A DNA stretch of 64,000 nucleotides from Camelus ferus. Taxonomy: Eukaryota. Every line of letters begins with the position of its first letter. Positions within the stretch are counted from its first letter, which is position 1. Under the pieces are notes generated by a model. It did no database searches. It was not told the origin of the DNA and worked only from the letters and a program-made list of their open reading frames with translations. The position numbers and the translations under genes are program-made. The stretch lies in assembly GCF_009834535.1 (NCBI RefSeq), contig NC_045696.1:75518001-75582000 (forward strand), written 5' to 3'. Shown piece by piece: positions 39,476-52,015 of the stretch.

Positions 39476-40004
39476 CCAACTGCCCATTTTTTAGTTGTAA
39501 AATTTGCAATATCCTTGCTAAGAGATGGAAAAATGTGCCACTGATGAAAATCTCATCATTTCTTGAGAAGTCCATTCCATCTTTATGCAATCCTGATATA
39601 AATAAATTTTGCAGGGGTGGCGTGGAATCTGCCTTTTCTTGCTTCTATCCATTGTTCTCTGTTGAACCCCTGAAGACCCTATGAATCAGATCATCTTTCT
39701 TTGCCACACTTCTAAAATATCTATCGCCTCTAGACTAATCATTTCCATTTCTTTAATTGTTCTTCATACAAGCATAATTTCAAGCCACTTTAGCATCCAG
39801 ATTTCAAGTCACCTTATCACTCAGAATGTGCTCTCTTAAAACAATTTTAGTTTCCTTATATTCCTCTCAAATATGTGTATCCACAAGCATTTTGAAATTT
39901 AATAGTGTTTACTAGATACTTCTCATCACATGGTGTCATAGCAATGCATTATAATGTAGTATAAGAGTTTCTCAGTAGTCTAGATAGGATGATTTTAAAA
40001 TTAT

Positions 40005-40160
40005 TTCTCCTTTAATGTCTGTCTTCCTCAACTTGACTGTTATCTCTTTGAGGTAAGGGAATAGGTTTATCTTGGTCATCACTCTATCTTCCACACCTGG
40101 CATAGTGCCTTTCTGATGCACAGTTAGTGTTCTATAAGTATCCATTGATTGAATGGCTGG
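40005..40160 (+). mobile_element. L2 3' end fragment
   Basis: tgtctgtcttcc..gactgt..ctctttgagg..cacctggcatagtgcct..ttgattgaatg. Confidence 0.7.
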
Positions 40161-42569
40161 CTGTTAAGGTCTGTGGCATCATCTTTATTTTAATTCAATA
40201 ATAAATTACTTACCCATAGTTTCAGTAGGGCTCTGATATAAACTGGTTCATGATAGTAAATCTCATAACTATTTCCTCCAAGAGCTATAAAATCTTTCTA
40301 GCATGACTTTTTATAAAGAAGAAACATCACACATCAAGAGGATATATAGTAGAGGATAAGGTGATTCTGTGATTCTGACCTGTGGAGTATCCAAGTTATT
40401 GATGCCTATTTTTTCTTATGAATTCTTTTGTTGATTTCTCAGTTTGGAAAGAGGTGAAGTGTTAGGTGATTACTTAGTTGATCTGAAATAACCTTACTAC
40501 CATGCTCTCAGCATTTTAAACAGTATACATATGGGTGCCCCTCCTCCTAAGGATTCTTACTCCTTAATTTTCAAAATTTTTACAGATGACTCAAATGCAT
40601 ACTGATTGAGAATCATCAAATTAGAAGTAGCTTAGACAATGAAATTAATTTGGATGTAATAATTGTCTACAAATGGAAAATAACAAAATTTCCACTCACT
40701 GAATCCTCTGGAAAGCCAGCTGATTCCTGCCTGGGACTTTTTACTGTTTCCAAAATTAACAGCTAACCATTTGTGGCTGAGGGAAATGTCTTTTAGGTAA
40801 TAATATCAAGCAGGGTGGCAGAGTATCATTGTGCTTCTTTTTCTCTATATTCTATAACCAGAAGCTGAAAATGGATTTTATTATCTCCTTTTAACTCCCT
40901 CTTTCGACACTCATCTTATACCAGGGGAGCACAGGTCTTGGTGAGTGAGATGGATTTGGACTAGGACTGAGACTTGAATAGGAATAGACCTGAGACTGTC
41001 AGTCATTCATAATTTATCAAAGTTATTAAATCCAGGGACTCTTTATTGGACTCTTTATTCAGTAACTCTCTCTCTCTCCCTCCCACACATCCTTACCCCT
41101 CTCCTCTTCTCTCTTGACTTACTGCCTCAGCATAGTTTGCAAGCAGGTTTTTTACTCATTCAGAAGATGTTGACATTTTTCTGTCCCAATCTTGGCCATT
41201 GTGTTTGAATGTAAGATAATTTTCTGCTTTGAAAAAGCTTGCAAGACTTCTATTTATTACAAATGTAAAGTTAGTCACCCATGTTCATTGAAGGTTTCTT
41301 CACTCTTCTCTTTCTGTTCACTATATTTACTCTGAATTTGGTGGCTTACGGCCAAATGGGAGATTTTTCTAATTAATGTTCGTGATTATCTGACCTTGAA
41401 AATGGGAAAAGGAAAGACATCTCAACTGTATTGAGAATTTCCTCCCAAATATTCTTATAATTTTTTTCCCTTGGAAAAAGGAAGGCAGAGTTCATATAAA
41501 ATTTAGTTTAAGACCTGAATATGTTTTGGCTTCAAACATACCATAGTCCAATTTTACTCCAGTATCTGAGAGCTGGCTAGAAAGATTTTGTTTGATTGAA
41601 TATTGCCAAAGTTTGTCTTCCTAAGTAAGCTAAATCAGTAGAGCTCATAGTGATGTAGACAGCCAGGAAGAAAGGGACCCCTAGGATCAGGTCTGCTCCT
41701 CACCCAAAGGAATAGTCCATGAGTGGAATGGACACCTCACAATCTGTGTCTTTGGAGGAGGCTTTGAGAGCCCACTATAGGCTTTCAAGTCTTCTAAAAG
41801 AATAAAACACACCAAAAATAAAAGCTCAGTGCAGTCATCTAGTTATCCAAAGCATCTTTTATGTTTCCTCTATCATCAGACCCATCCATCATACGGAAAA
41901 AGGAATTCCTGGCCACACACTTTGGGAACAGGGAAATGAGAACAGGGAAGTAGGTGTCTGATTACTTTATCTTTTCCATGTTTGTCTGCAGTAGACAAAT
42001 AAATAGGCACTTCCCCACTGGTCCCCTCCCTTATTTTAGTATTGGTATAAAGGATTTTTAATAATCCAATACTTAATTCCTCGAGCTATGAAACTAGCCT
42101 CCTGTTCTTACCTTTAAGAAAGGGAACAATAGCAGTTTTTCTGATCTCAGACTAAATTTAAATCATAATGGGTAGCTCTCTCAGGCTTACATATTAAGCC
42201 TCTCATTTAAAAAATAAACCTTAGTCTTTTATTGGAGAAATTTCAGCCATGGTGGACTGAGGTAGGCTAGTGTGACTGTGGGATACTTTTTGCAACGTAT
42301 GGTTGCAAGAGGGCTCCTACATTCATATTAAAAGATGGAAGCACTATCGAGCGGTGAGAATGACACAAAGAGTAGATTCCTATATTAAAATCCCTGTCAC
42401 TCCTGAGCTTTTCCTAAGACTCCTGATACACATAAAAGAGCCTTTTAAAAGCTCGTTAGTGACTTTGATCTTCTATCACCAGTTCAGTTTCCCCATTGAA
42501 ATTCTCATCCCGACAAATTAATCTCATCACTTCTAAATGATTGGCAGAGAACTTTCAGATCAGCGAGCT

Positions 42570-42790
42570 CACAGTGCATAGTGATTTCAGGTTTGTGGCC
42601 TTGGAGTCAGAGGAACCCAGGCTTGAATCCCTACACCTACACTGATTAGAATGACCTTGGACAAGTCACTTAACCTCCCTGATTCTCAAATTCCTTACCT
42701 ATAAGAAGGGGATAATGATGTTCAACCTCCAAGGGAAGAGACAGAATATCCATTAAGTGCAAGCAGCAAATAAATGGTGGCTAATATTTT
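42570..42790 (+). mobile_element. MIR SINE
   Basis: ttggagtcaga..ttgaatccc..tgaccttggacaagtcacttaacctccctg..ggggataat. Confidence 0.8.
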
Positions 42791-44061
42791 GATAGTCGCC
42801 TTACTAACCTGATAGTCTACTTGTTCCCTCTTTTCTCATCAGTTTAGCCGAGGCATTCAAAGACATAGTAATGATGATTATAATAGTTATTGGTATTAAT
42901 CCTTATTTCACTTCACATTTACTAAAGTGATATGTTTACAGGCATCATTTGGGATGTAACAAATATTCTTATGTTTCAGAGCAAAGCTGAAAATTAAGAC
43001 TGAATGTACTAAATATAATTCACATTCATCCCTATCTCCCCACCCTATAGAAATCCTCTACTGTTTTTGAATTTCAAACTTCCTTTTTTCCTTTTCTTGA
43101 TTATAGTTGGTCTTTTTTCCACAATGAATGCCATTAAAAAAATCCAACTCTGTGACATAGTAGTGGAAAAGGTAACTTCGGGGAATGATTTAAACTGGAA
43201 ACATATTTTGTTTATAGGGCTCACTTCATCCCAGTGCATTCTGCATGGAATGAGGGCTGCCTCAGGCCACTGGCTTCTCAGGTATTCATTAATCCTGAAG
43301 TAAGCTTCAGGTTGAGGTCATTACTGCTTAATTACAGTTTGTGATTACTGGCACTTTCTTCAGTGACCTTATTCTGTGCGCTGGCCTGTTTGTTCACCAG
43401 AGAATCCATGCAGCTGGAAATTTTGGCTGACTAGAATGTATAAATAGGGATTTCTTTCTTTTATTTTTTTTTCTTGGCTTGAATTGAAGACCGTTCTTGC
43501 TGAAATGTCAACACATTTTTCTCCCATCTGGATATGGTTAATCACAGTGCTTGCTTTTATATACTTTTTCCACAGAAGCTGTGCTTTTGAGGTGTGCCTG
43601 AATTTATCAAAATGCTGTTTTAAATAAGCGGAGCAGAAGTGCTCCTCTATCATTATTTACTCCTTGTGGGCATAACAGGGGAGGTTTTCTTATGAGCACT
43701 TCTGTGAATTAGAACCTGTAGTCTAGAGACGATCCAGGACTATGCAGAAACCGGAAGGAATTTTAACTCCATGATTACTCCAAAAGTGATATTGTTCTAA
43801 AATCATAGGAAAGGAGGCTTGACCTAGTAGCAATGAGTAATTGACTAGGAACTAAAAAATCTGGTTGGATTCTATGCTTAATTGCAGCTGATTCCTCGGC
43901 AAAATAGTTTTACTTATTCACACATTATTAATGTCATAAATAATTATTGAGTGTTTCCTATGGGCCACACAGAGGGAAAGGTTTTGTGAATACTAAAGTG
44001 TGGGAGGCCTGAGACAGTATTTTCTCTTTCACCCTTGTGTCTACAACACCTTCCATGGTGA

Positions 44062-44279
44062 ATGGCAATATGTAAATAAATGAGTGTGGCTGGACTCCAG
44101 TAAGATTGTATGTATGGACAATGAAATTTGAATTTCATATAATTTTTGGCCTGTTATGAAATATCCCTTTTGAGTTTTTAAAAACTATTTTAAAATGTGA
44201 AAACTATTCTTCGCTTGTGGACTGTAGAAACAGACAGCAGTCTGGACTTGGCCTATGGGCTGTAGTTTAACAACCCCTG
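44062..44279 (+). mobile_element. MER58B-like hAT-Charlie 3' part
   Basis: aatatgtaaataaatgagtgtggctg..tgaaatttgaatttcatataatttt..ggcctatgggctgtagttt..aacccctg. Confidence 0.8.
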
Positions 44280-44299
44280 ATGCATACCACAAGCAGAAT

Positions 44300-44690
44300 A
44301 GATAACAGCATGATCATTGTTGCCAGCAGGTTCTATGGGAGCACATGGAACTTTCAGGTGTCTGGGTCTTTCCCAAGGAAATGATGACTACTGTGATGGG
44401 ACCAAAAGGATAGGTAGGATGAGTCAGTTGAGGCCAAAGATAAGCATGTGCAAATGTCCAGAGGCAGGAGAGTAAATAGAGTAGATGCATAATTGAAATA
44501 CAGAATGTAATATGGAAAATAGTGATAAATGCAGAGTCTGCTTAGGTAAACAGGGGTCATATTATGAACGGCTTTATATGTTTATAGAGTTTTGGAGCAA
44601 TAGGAGCCTTTAGAAGGTTTTTAGTAAGAAGTACAGGATTAAATTTGTGGTTTAAAATATCTCTATGGATGCACAAGGAGGATGGAAGAA
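44300..44690 (-). mobile_element. L2 fragment
   Basis: agcatgtgcaaatgtccagaggcagga..gcaataggagcc..gaaggtttttag..aaatttgtggtttaaaa. Confidence 0.6.
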
Positions 44691-44694
44691 AAAT

Positions 44695-44776
44695 GATTCT
44701 GTGCCAATATGACTTTATTTATTAAAAACGTGACAGGTCAGATTTAGTCTATGGGCCATATTTTGTGGAACCCTGC
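44695..44776 (+). mobile_element. MER58A-like 3' end
   Basis: ctgtgccaata..actttattta..agatttagtctatgggccata..ccctg. Confidence 0.55.
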
Positions 44777-45474
44777 TGTAGAGTCAGACAATTTGACTGG
44801 AATCTTGTTCCATAATAACTGTTTTTTTAAAAAAGCAAATTACTATAAGTATTTACTATTAAGTTCTGTTGAACTCTTCTCCTTCGAAGGAAAGCCCATC
44901 AGAAGTCCATAAATATAAATGAAGAGTAGAAAGGAAGCAATAACTCTGGGGAAAACTTCAGACAATATCTGTTTTATTTCACTGCATTGAATGCTATTAC
45001 CACCTTCCCCCGGGATTTGTCCTTCTGTAGGGTAATTTTCTCCATCACTAGTTCTAATGTCCCCTTACCCTCACATCTGAATCCTGATTTCCAGCTCCAG
45101 GATAATGGCCATGATTACTAGAGTTATAAGATGACCAGCTAACTAACTTAAAACCCAGTCTTAGTCTTCTAATTTCAGTGACTTCAAATTCAGGTAAAGA
45201 ATGGCAAGGCCTGTCTGCCAGATTATTCAATTTTAAAGGACTTTTTTTGTCTAATATTGATAAAAGAAAGAACCTAAAGTGATGAAATCCTAAAGACTAT
45301 CTAGAATACAAATGTATGTAAGAAATAAAATGACAAAAATGACAAGCCTGGGTAAAACACTGATAAAGATGAATATAAACAAATTCTGTAGAAGTAAAGA
45401 CCTCCCCTTCATTGAAGGATTCAGCACAAATATCCATGGTTGAAAGTTTTGGCTATAGGAACAGAAATTAGAAA

Positions 45475-45620
45475 CTTGAAAAGTGTGTAGTGGAAATACC
45501 TATGGGCTGGGGTCAGTAAGACCAGGGTTGTAGTTTTATATCTGCAATAAATTAGTAGCTGTTTGACTTTGAACAGGTGTTATGATGCCCTATGAAATGA
45601 GAAATGATAAAAAGATGGTA
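45475..45620 (+). mobile_element. MIR SINE fragment
   Basis: gtgtagtggaaa..agaccagggttgtagtt..tagtagctgtttgactttgaacag. Confidence 0.6.
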
Positions 45621-45761
45621 TCACTATTTTTCCCTTCACATTCCTCGCTGCCTTTGCCACCTTATCACCCCAGAGGAGATAGACTTCAGTAAGGGTAATT
45701 TTCAGTAAGGGTGAATACTTATAATACTATGTTAATATGATGAGAAAAACAATAATTGTTA

Positions 45762-47471
45762 GACTTCACACAAAAACTAATAGAATTAATGAGTTCAGCA
45801 AGGTAGCAGGATACAAGATTAATATACAGAAATGTGTTGCATTTCTTTACATTAACAATAAAATATCAAAAAGAGAAAGTAAATCAAAATTCTGCTTAAA
45901 ATCATGCCAAAAAAAGAGAAATACCTAGGAATAAACCTAACCAAGGAGGTGAGTAGTACTCCATTGTATAAATATACCACAACTTCTTTATCCAGTCATC
46001 TGTCAATGGACATTTAGGTTGTTTCCATGTCTTGGCGATTGTAAACAGTGCTGCTATGAACATTGGGGTGCATGTGTCTTTTTGAATTAAGGTTCCCTCT
46101 AGATATATGCACAGGAGTGGGATTGCTGGTTCATATGGTAAGTCTATTTTGAATGATGGCCATTCTCCAATGAAGACATATTGAGTTGACACTGACGGTA
46201 GATTTTCCAAATATACAAACATTTGATACAACTCAATATCAAAGAAGAAAACAACCCAATTAAAAATGATCATTTTTCTGATAATTAGCAATATTCAGCA
46301 TTTTTTCATGTGCCTATTGGCCATTCATATGTCTTTATTGGAGAATTGCTTATTTAGATCTTCTGCTCATTTTTCAATTGGATAATTAGCTCAATATTGC
46401 TAATTATCAGAGAAATTCAAATCAAAACTACAATGAGGTATCACCTTACACCAATCAGAATGGCCATCATTCAAAAGTTCACAAATGATAAATGTTGGAG
46501 AGGGTGCAGAGAAAAGTGAACCCTCCTACACTGTTGGTGCGAATGTAGTTTGTTGCAGTTGTTATGGAAAACAGGATGGAGATTCCTCAAAAAACTAAAA
46601 ATAGACTTATTTTTCGGGAAGTGCAAATCAAAAATACAATGAGGTATCACTTCACACTGGTCAAAATGAGCATCATCAAAAAGTCTACAAATAATAAACA
46701 CTGGAGAGAGTGTGGAGAAAAGGGAACCCTCCTACACTATTGATGGGAATGTAAATTGGTGTAGTCACTGTGGAGAACAGTATGGAGGTTCCTTAAAAAA
46801 TTAAAAATAGACTTACCATATGATACAGCAATCCCACTCCTGGGTATATATCCAGAAAAGATAGAAACTCTAATTCAAAAAGGCACATGCACCCCAATGT
46901 TCACAGCAGCATTAATTATGATAGCTAAGATATGGAAGCAACCTAAGAGTCCATCAACAGAAGAATGGATAAAGAAGATGTGATATATAGATATATATAT
47001 CACAATGGAATATTACACAGCCACAAGAAGAATGAAATAATGCCATTTGCAGCAACATGGATAGACCTAGAGATTATCATATTTTAAGTGAAGTAAGTTA
47101 GACAGAGAAAGACAAATATTATATGATATCACTTATACGTAGAATCTAAAAAAAATAATGCAAATGAACTTATTTACAAACCAAAATAGACTCACAGACA
47201 TAGAAAACAAACTGTGATTACCAAAGGGGACTGGATTCGGGGGTCGTAGGGATAAATTAGGAATTTGGGATTAACATATACACAATACTATGTATAAAAT
47301 AGATAAACAACAAAGACCTACTGTTTAACACAGGGAACTACATTCTATATCTTTTAATAATTTTTAATGGAAAAGAATCTGAAAATATATATATATAACT
47401 GAATCACTTTGCTGTACACCTGAAACTAACACAGTATGGTAAATCAACTATACTTCAATAAGCAAAAAAGC
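45762..47471 (+). mobile_element. 5'-truncated L1 with a scrambled, multiply inverted 5' segment
   Basis: Colinear sense ORF2 end, 3'UTR and A tail at ~46612-47471, preceded by alternating sense and antisense ORF2 pieces; TSD aaaaacaataattgtta (45745-45761) / aaaaataatgattgtta (47472-47488). Confidence 0.88.
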
Positions 47472-47604
47472 AAAAATAATGATTGTTATAAATTAATCAC
47501 TCAAAAATTTCATAATAAATTATGTGGTTTAAAAGACTCATATAGATGAAAATTCTTTCACAATTGATCTGCAGATTTTAATCCTAAAGTCCTAACAGGT
47601 AAGG

Positions 47605-48410
47605 TTCTGCTTCCATTTAGGATGCTGAAAGCTGCAAAAGAATTTTACTGCCATCCTAACGATGAGAAAAAGCCAGATGATCTACAAAATTATAACTTAT
47701 CCCAAAGTCATCAGAGTTACTAAGGTCAAAAGACAACCAAGAAAACTGAATTCTGAAAAGTGACAGATCCCTTAGCAGGAGGAGAGCAGACACAAATCTT
47801 TTTGACTTCGGCAGAACATGGGAAGAATACTTGCTGCCACAGAAGTACGTAAGAAAAAAAATCAGTCCGAATTGTGAATACTTCTTAAAGGCCAAGATTA
47901 GGTGAAGATTTCCGTTTAAAACAACCTGAGCACCTCAGACACAAGGAGTTTGTCCTCACTCAAAAGCTCTTCCCCACTGGGCTACGTTAAATGCTCTAAG
48001 AGAGATGGGGCACAGGGCAGGAGACAGAACCCCTTTCCACCTCCTGACCCGGATATGCAGGAGGTATTTGGATGACATGGGTGACAAAACACTGCAAAAA
48101 GCACAGCTTACTTCACCAGATCCTTCTGTCATATGAGACAAAAGCCCTAAGCCACTGGGAGAGGATAGAAAACACTTGGCACCAAGAATGCCGATGGAGG
48201 GGCAGGAAAACCCCTTGGTCCTAAAATCCTGCACCAGTACAAAGAAGAGATCTGCTACCACTTGTGAAGCGCCAGAAAACTATCTCCTGCCTAAGACCTG
48301 ACACGGTTTTGTAAAAAGAGTTTGGCTGCTATGGGAGGGAGAAGAGGAGATGCTGAGAATCCTTCACCCACAAGGCCCGAATGAACAAGCCTCACCTGAG
48401 CTTAGGGGAG
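47605..48410 (+). mobile_element. Old L1 5'UTR-like fragment (L1M4/L1MD-type)
   Basis: ttctgcttcc..gatg..aaaaagccagatgatctacaaaat..catcagag..aactgaattc resembles ancient L1 5' ends. Confidence 0.5.
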
Positions 48411-48534
48411 CAGTCCATCCTTTGGGGGAGGGGAAGCTTTATTTTTTTCACATTTAAAATATGTGTTCTTACTTTTTAAATTTTTGTTGCTTCAGAATGA
48501 AATGCTTGATCACAGCTTTGGATGCGACTTTCTT

Positions 48535-48935
48535 TTTTATGGTATCTACATGAGAAGATGAATGTTAGCGGAACCTGTTGTCATCACTTCACAGTGTATG
48601 TAGATCAAACCATCATACTGTACACCTTAAACTTTACACAGAGATACATGTCAGTTAGTTCTCAATCATACTGGAAAAAAATAATTAGAGAATTAGTTAA
48701 CTTAGATAGTCTCCTATCTATTAAAGATAACTTATGCACAAAGAAAATTACAGGTGAGATGGCTTCCCTTATTAATTCTACCAAATGTTTGTACCATGCT
48801 ACAAAAACTCCGCCAGATAATTGGAAGAGAAATACTTCCAAAATTATGAGGCAAATTTTGCTTAAAGACATTGAAAGAAAAGAAAACTATAAGTCAATAT
48901 TCCTCGTAAACATAGATGCAAAAAACCTTAAACAT
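48535..48935 (+). mobile_element. L1 3' end (L1MB-like) next to an old ORF2 fragment
   Basis: tcaaaccatcatactgtacaccttaaac..ctcaatcatactggaaaaaa, then KENYKSIFLVNIDAKNL, similar to L1 ORF2 KENYRPISLMNIDAKIL. Confidence 0.7.
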
Positions 48936-49362
48936 AGGCATCATATTCTGTCGGCAGAAAATATGATCCTCAAAGGGTATCTTAGTGGTTAGAGGAACTT
49001 CCCAAACTCACTCAGCTCAAAACTCTCAAGATTCAAAAGGAGTTTAGACTTCAGCTTTAAATTCTATTTGCTAATTTTGTCTCTAATCTTACCTCCCCAA
49101 ACAGATTGCAAATACTTTGTAAATGCTAAGTATTTTTGTAAAATAAAATTAAGAATCATATCATATTTCTATTTAAGTTTTTCTCACTAGTATAGCAATT
49201 AGGCATTTATTTAATATTTGTCCAGTAGTTTGATAGCCACAAATGCAGAAGTAAATTGTGTCTAATAGATGAATTTAATGCACACTGGGCTGCTGTTACT
49301 GATCCAAGTCTAAGACAATTATCTTGGTCTAGCTAATGGCAGCTCCTCTCTATGCATACACT

Positions 49363-51060
49363 TTTTGTTGTTGTTTTTCTTTTTTTTAAATTGTAGTATC
49401 GTCAGTTTATAATGTTGTGTCAATTTCTGGTGTACAGCAATATTTCAGTCATACATATACATACATATATTCATTTTCATATTCTTTTTCATTATAGGTT
49501 ATTATAAGATAATTGAATATAGTTCCCTGTGCTGTACAGTAGAAACTTGTGGTATATTTATTATTTTATATAGTACTTAGTTTCTGAAAATCTTGATCTC
49601 CCAATTTATCCCTTCCCTCCCCCTTTCCCCAGTGGTAGCCAAAAGTTTATTTTCTATGTCTGTGAGTCTGTTTCTGTTTTATAAATAAGTTCATTCATAT
49701 CTTTTTTTTTTTTTTAGATTCCACATATGAGTGATATCATATGGCATTTTTCTTTCTCTTTCTGGCTTACTTCACTTATAATGATGATCTCTAGATCCAT
49801 CCATGTTGCTGCAAATAGTACTATTCCATTCTTTTTTATGACTGAGTAGTATTCCAGTATATAAATATACCACAAATTCTTTACCCAGTCATCTGTCAAT
49901 GGACATTTATGTTGTTTCCATATCTTGGATATTGTATATAGTGCTGCTATGAACATTGAGGTGCATGTATCTTTTCAAATTAGAGTTCCCTCTGGATATA
50001 TGCCCAGGAGTGGGATTGCTGGGTCATATGGTAAGTCTATTTTTAGTGTTTTGAGGAATCTCAAACATGATGGCTGCACCAAGCTACAGTCCCACCAACA
50101 ATGTAGGATGGTTCCCTTTTCTCCATACCCTCTCTAGAATTTATTGTTTGTGAATTTTTTTATGGTGGTCATTCTGACTGCGGTGAAGTGATACTTCATT
50201 GCAGTTTTGATTCACATTTATCTAATAATTAGTGACACTGAGCATTTTTTCATGTACCTATTGATCATTCATATGTCTTCACTGGAGAATTGCTTGTTTA
50301 GGCTTTCTGCCTATTTTGAATTGAATTGTTTGTTTTTTTCTTTATTAAGTTGTATGAGCTGTTTATATATTCTGGAAATTAAGCCCTTGTCAGTCTTATC
50401 ATTTGCAAATATTTTCTCCTATTCGATAGGTTGTTGTTTTGTTTTTCTTATGGTTTCCTTTGCTGTGCAAAAGCTTGTAAGTTTGATTAGGCCCTATTTG
50501 TTTATTTTTGCTTTTATTTCTATTGCCTGGGTAGATTGCCCTAGGAGAACATTGCTAAGATTTATGTCAGGAAATGCTTTGCCTATGTTTTCTTCTAGGA
50601 GGTTTATAATGTCTTGTCTTTAAGTCTTTAAGCTATTTTGAATTTATTTTTGTGTATGATGTGAGGGAGTGTTTTAACCTCATTGATTTACATGCAGCTG
50701 TCCAGTTTTCCCAACACCCTTGCTGAAGAGACTGTCTTTTCTCCATTATATATTCTTGCCTCCTTTGTCAAAGATTAATTGACTGTAGGTGTGTGTGTTT
50801 ATTTTTGGGCTCTCTGTTCTGTTTCATTGATCCATATATCTGTTTTTGTGCCAATATCACACTGTTTTAATTACTGTACCTCTGTGGTATTGTCTGAAGT
50901 CTAGGAGGGTTATTCCTCCAGCTTTATTCTTTTTCTTCAGTATTGCTTTGGCAATTCTGGGTCTTTTGTAATTCTATATAAATTTTAGGATTATTTGTTC
51001 TAGATCTGTGAAAAATGTCCTGGGTAATTTGATAGGGATTGCATTAAATCTGTAGATTGC
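49363..51060 (-). mobile_element. 5'-truncated L1, camelid-type (ORF2 C-terminus and 3'UTR)
   Basis: T tail and 3'UTR; MFIAAL.TI.K.WKQ.KCP..FAATWMDLE (49714-49956) and [18 protein letters not shown] (50974-). Confidence 0.9.
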
Positions 51061-51074
51061 ATGCATTTTGATAC

Positions 51075-52015
51075 AAATTTTTAATTTAAATATACCTTCA
51101 AAAAGTGTAGAGTAAAAAGTATGTAGCAGAATAAGTTTTACAAAGTGAACAAACACATGTGACCAGCACCTAGATTAAAAACAGAACATTGTCCACATCC
51201 CAGAAGACCTCTTTTGTCCCATTCTAATTATAACCACTCCACTCTCCTGACTTCTGACACTACAGACCTAATTTGTATGTTTTCAGAATTTTAGCAATAA
51301 AATCATGATGCACACACTCTTTTGGGTCTAGCTTCTTTTACTCTCCATTAGGTTTATCTATGTTGTTGTGTACAATTATAGTGTGTTCATCCTCACTGCT
51401 CAATAGTATTTACTGTATAAATATACTGCTATTTATGTATCTAGTCTACTGTTAGATTGTTGGATAGCTTTCAATTTGGGGATATTATGAACAGTGGGGG
51501 CATTATAAACATCCTTGTATATGTCTTTCGGGGCATACACTTATACATAGCTTACATCAAGAAGTGGAATATCTGCACCAAGAACACGTGTATGCTTAGC
51601 TTTAGCAGGTACTGTCAAGCATTTTTCCAATTTATAGTTCCACCATCAATGTATGACAGTTCCAGCTGCTCTCCATCTTCCCTAACATTTGGAATTATTA
51701 CCTATTTTTTTATTTTAACGTTTTTGGTAGACATGTAGGGGTAATGGCTTTGTGATTTAAATTCATACTTTCCTGTGAATTACTGAAATTGAGCATCTTT
51801 CCTTATGATTATTGGCCAAAAGTATATGTCCTTTTGTGAAGGGCTTGCTTATCTCTCTTGCTCATTTGTCTTTGACTGGATTGTATCATGTGTTTCTAAT
51901 GATTCGTAGGAGTTCTTTGCATATTTTAGCTATAAATCTTTGTTGGATATACTGTTGCAAATATTTTCTCTCAGTTTGCGGGTTGCTCTTTCACTTACTA
52001 ACGGTATCCTTTTAT
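51075..52015 (-). mobile_element. Old L1 (L1ME-like) 3' region
   Basis: ttttacaaagtgaac..cagaacattg..taaccact..ctcctgacttct..tcgtaggagttcttt..tgttgcaaatattttctc. Confidence 0.8.

Noticed and set aside
45737..51156. ORFs of 60-156 aa such as 45902-46291, 48522-48992 and 50207-50623
   Set aside because: L1 ORF2 fragments, chimeric across inversion junctions or antisense.
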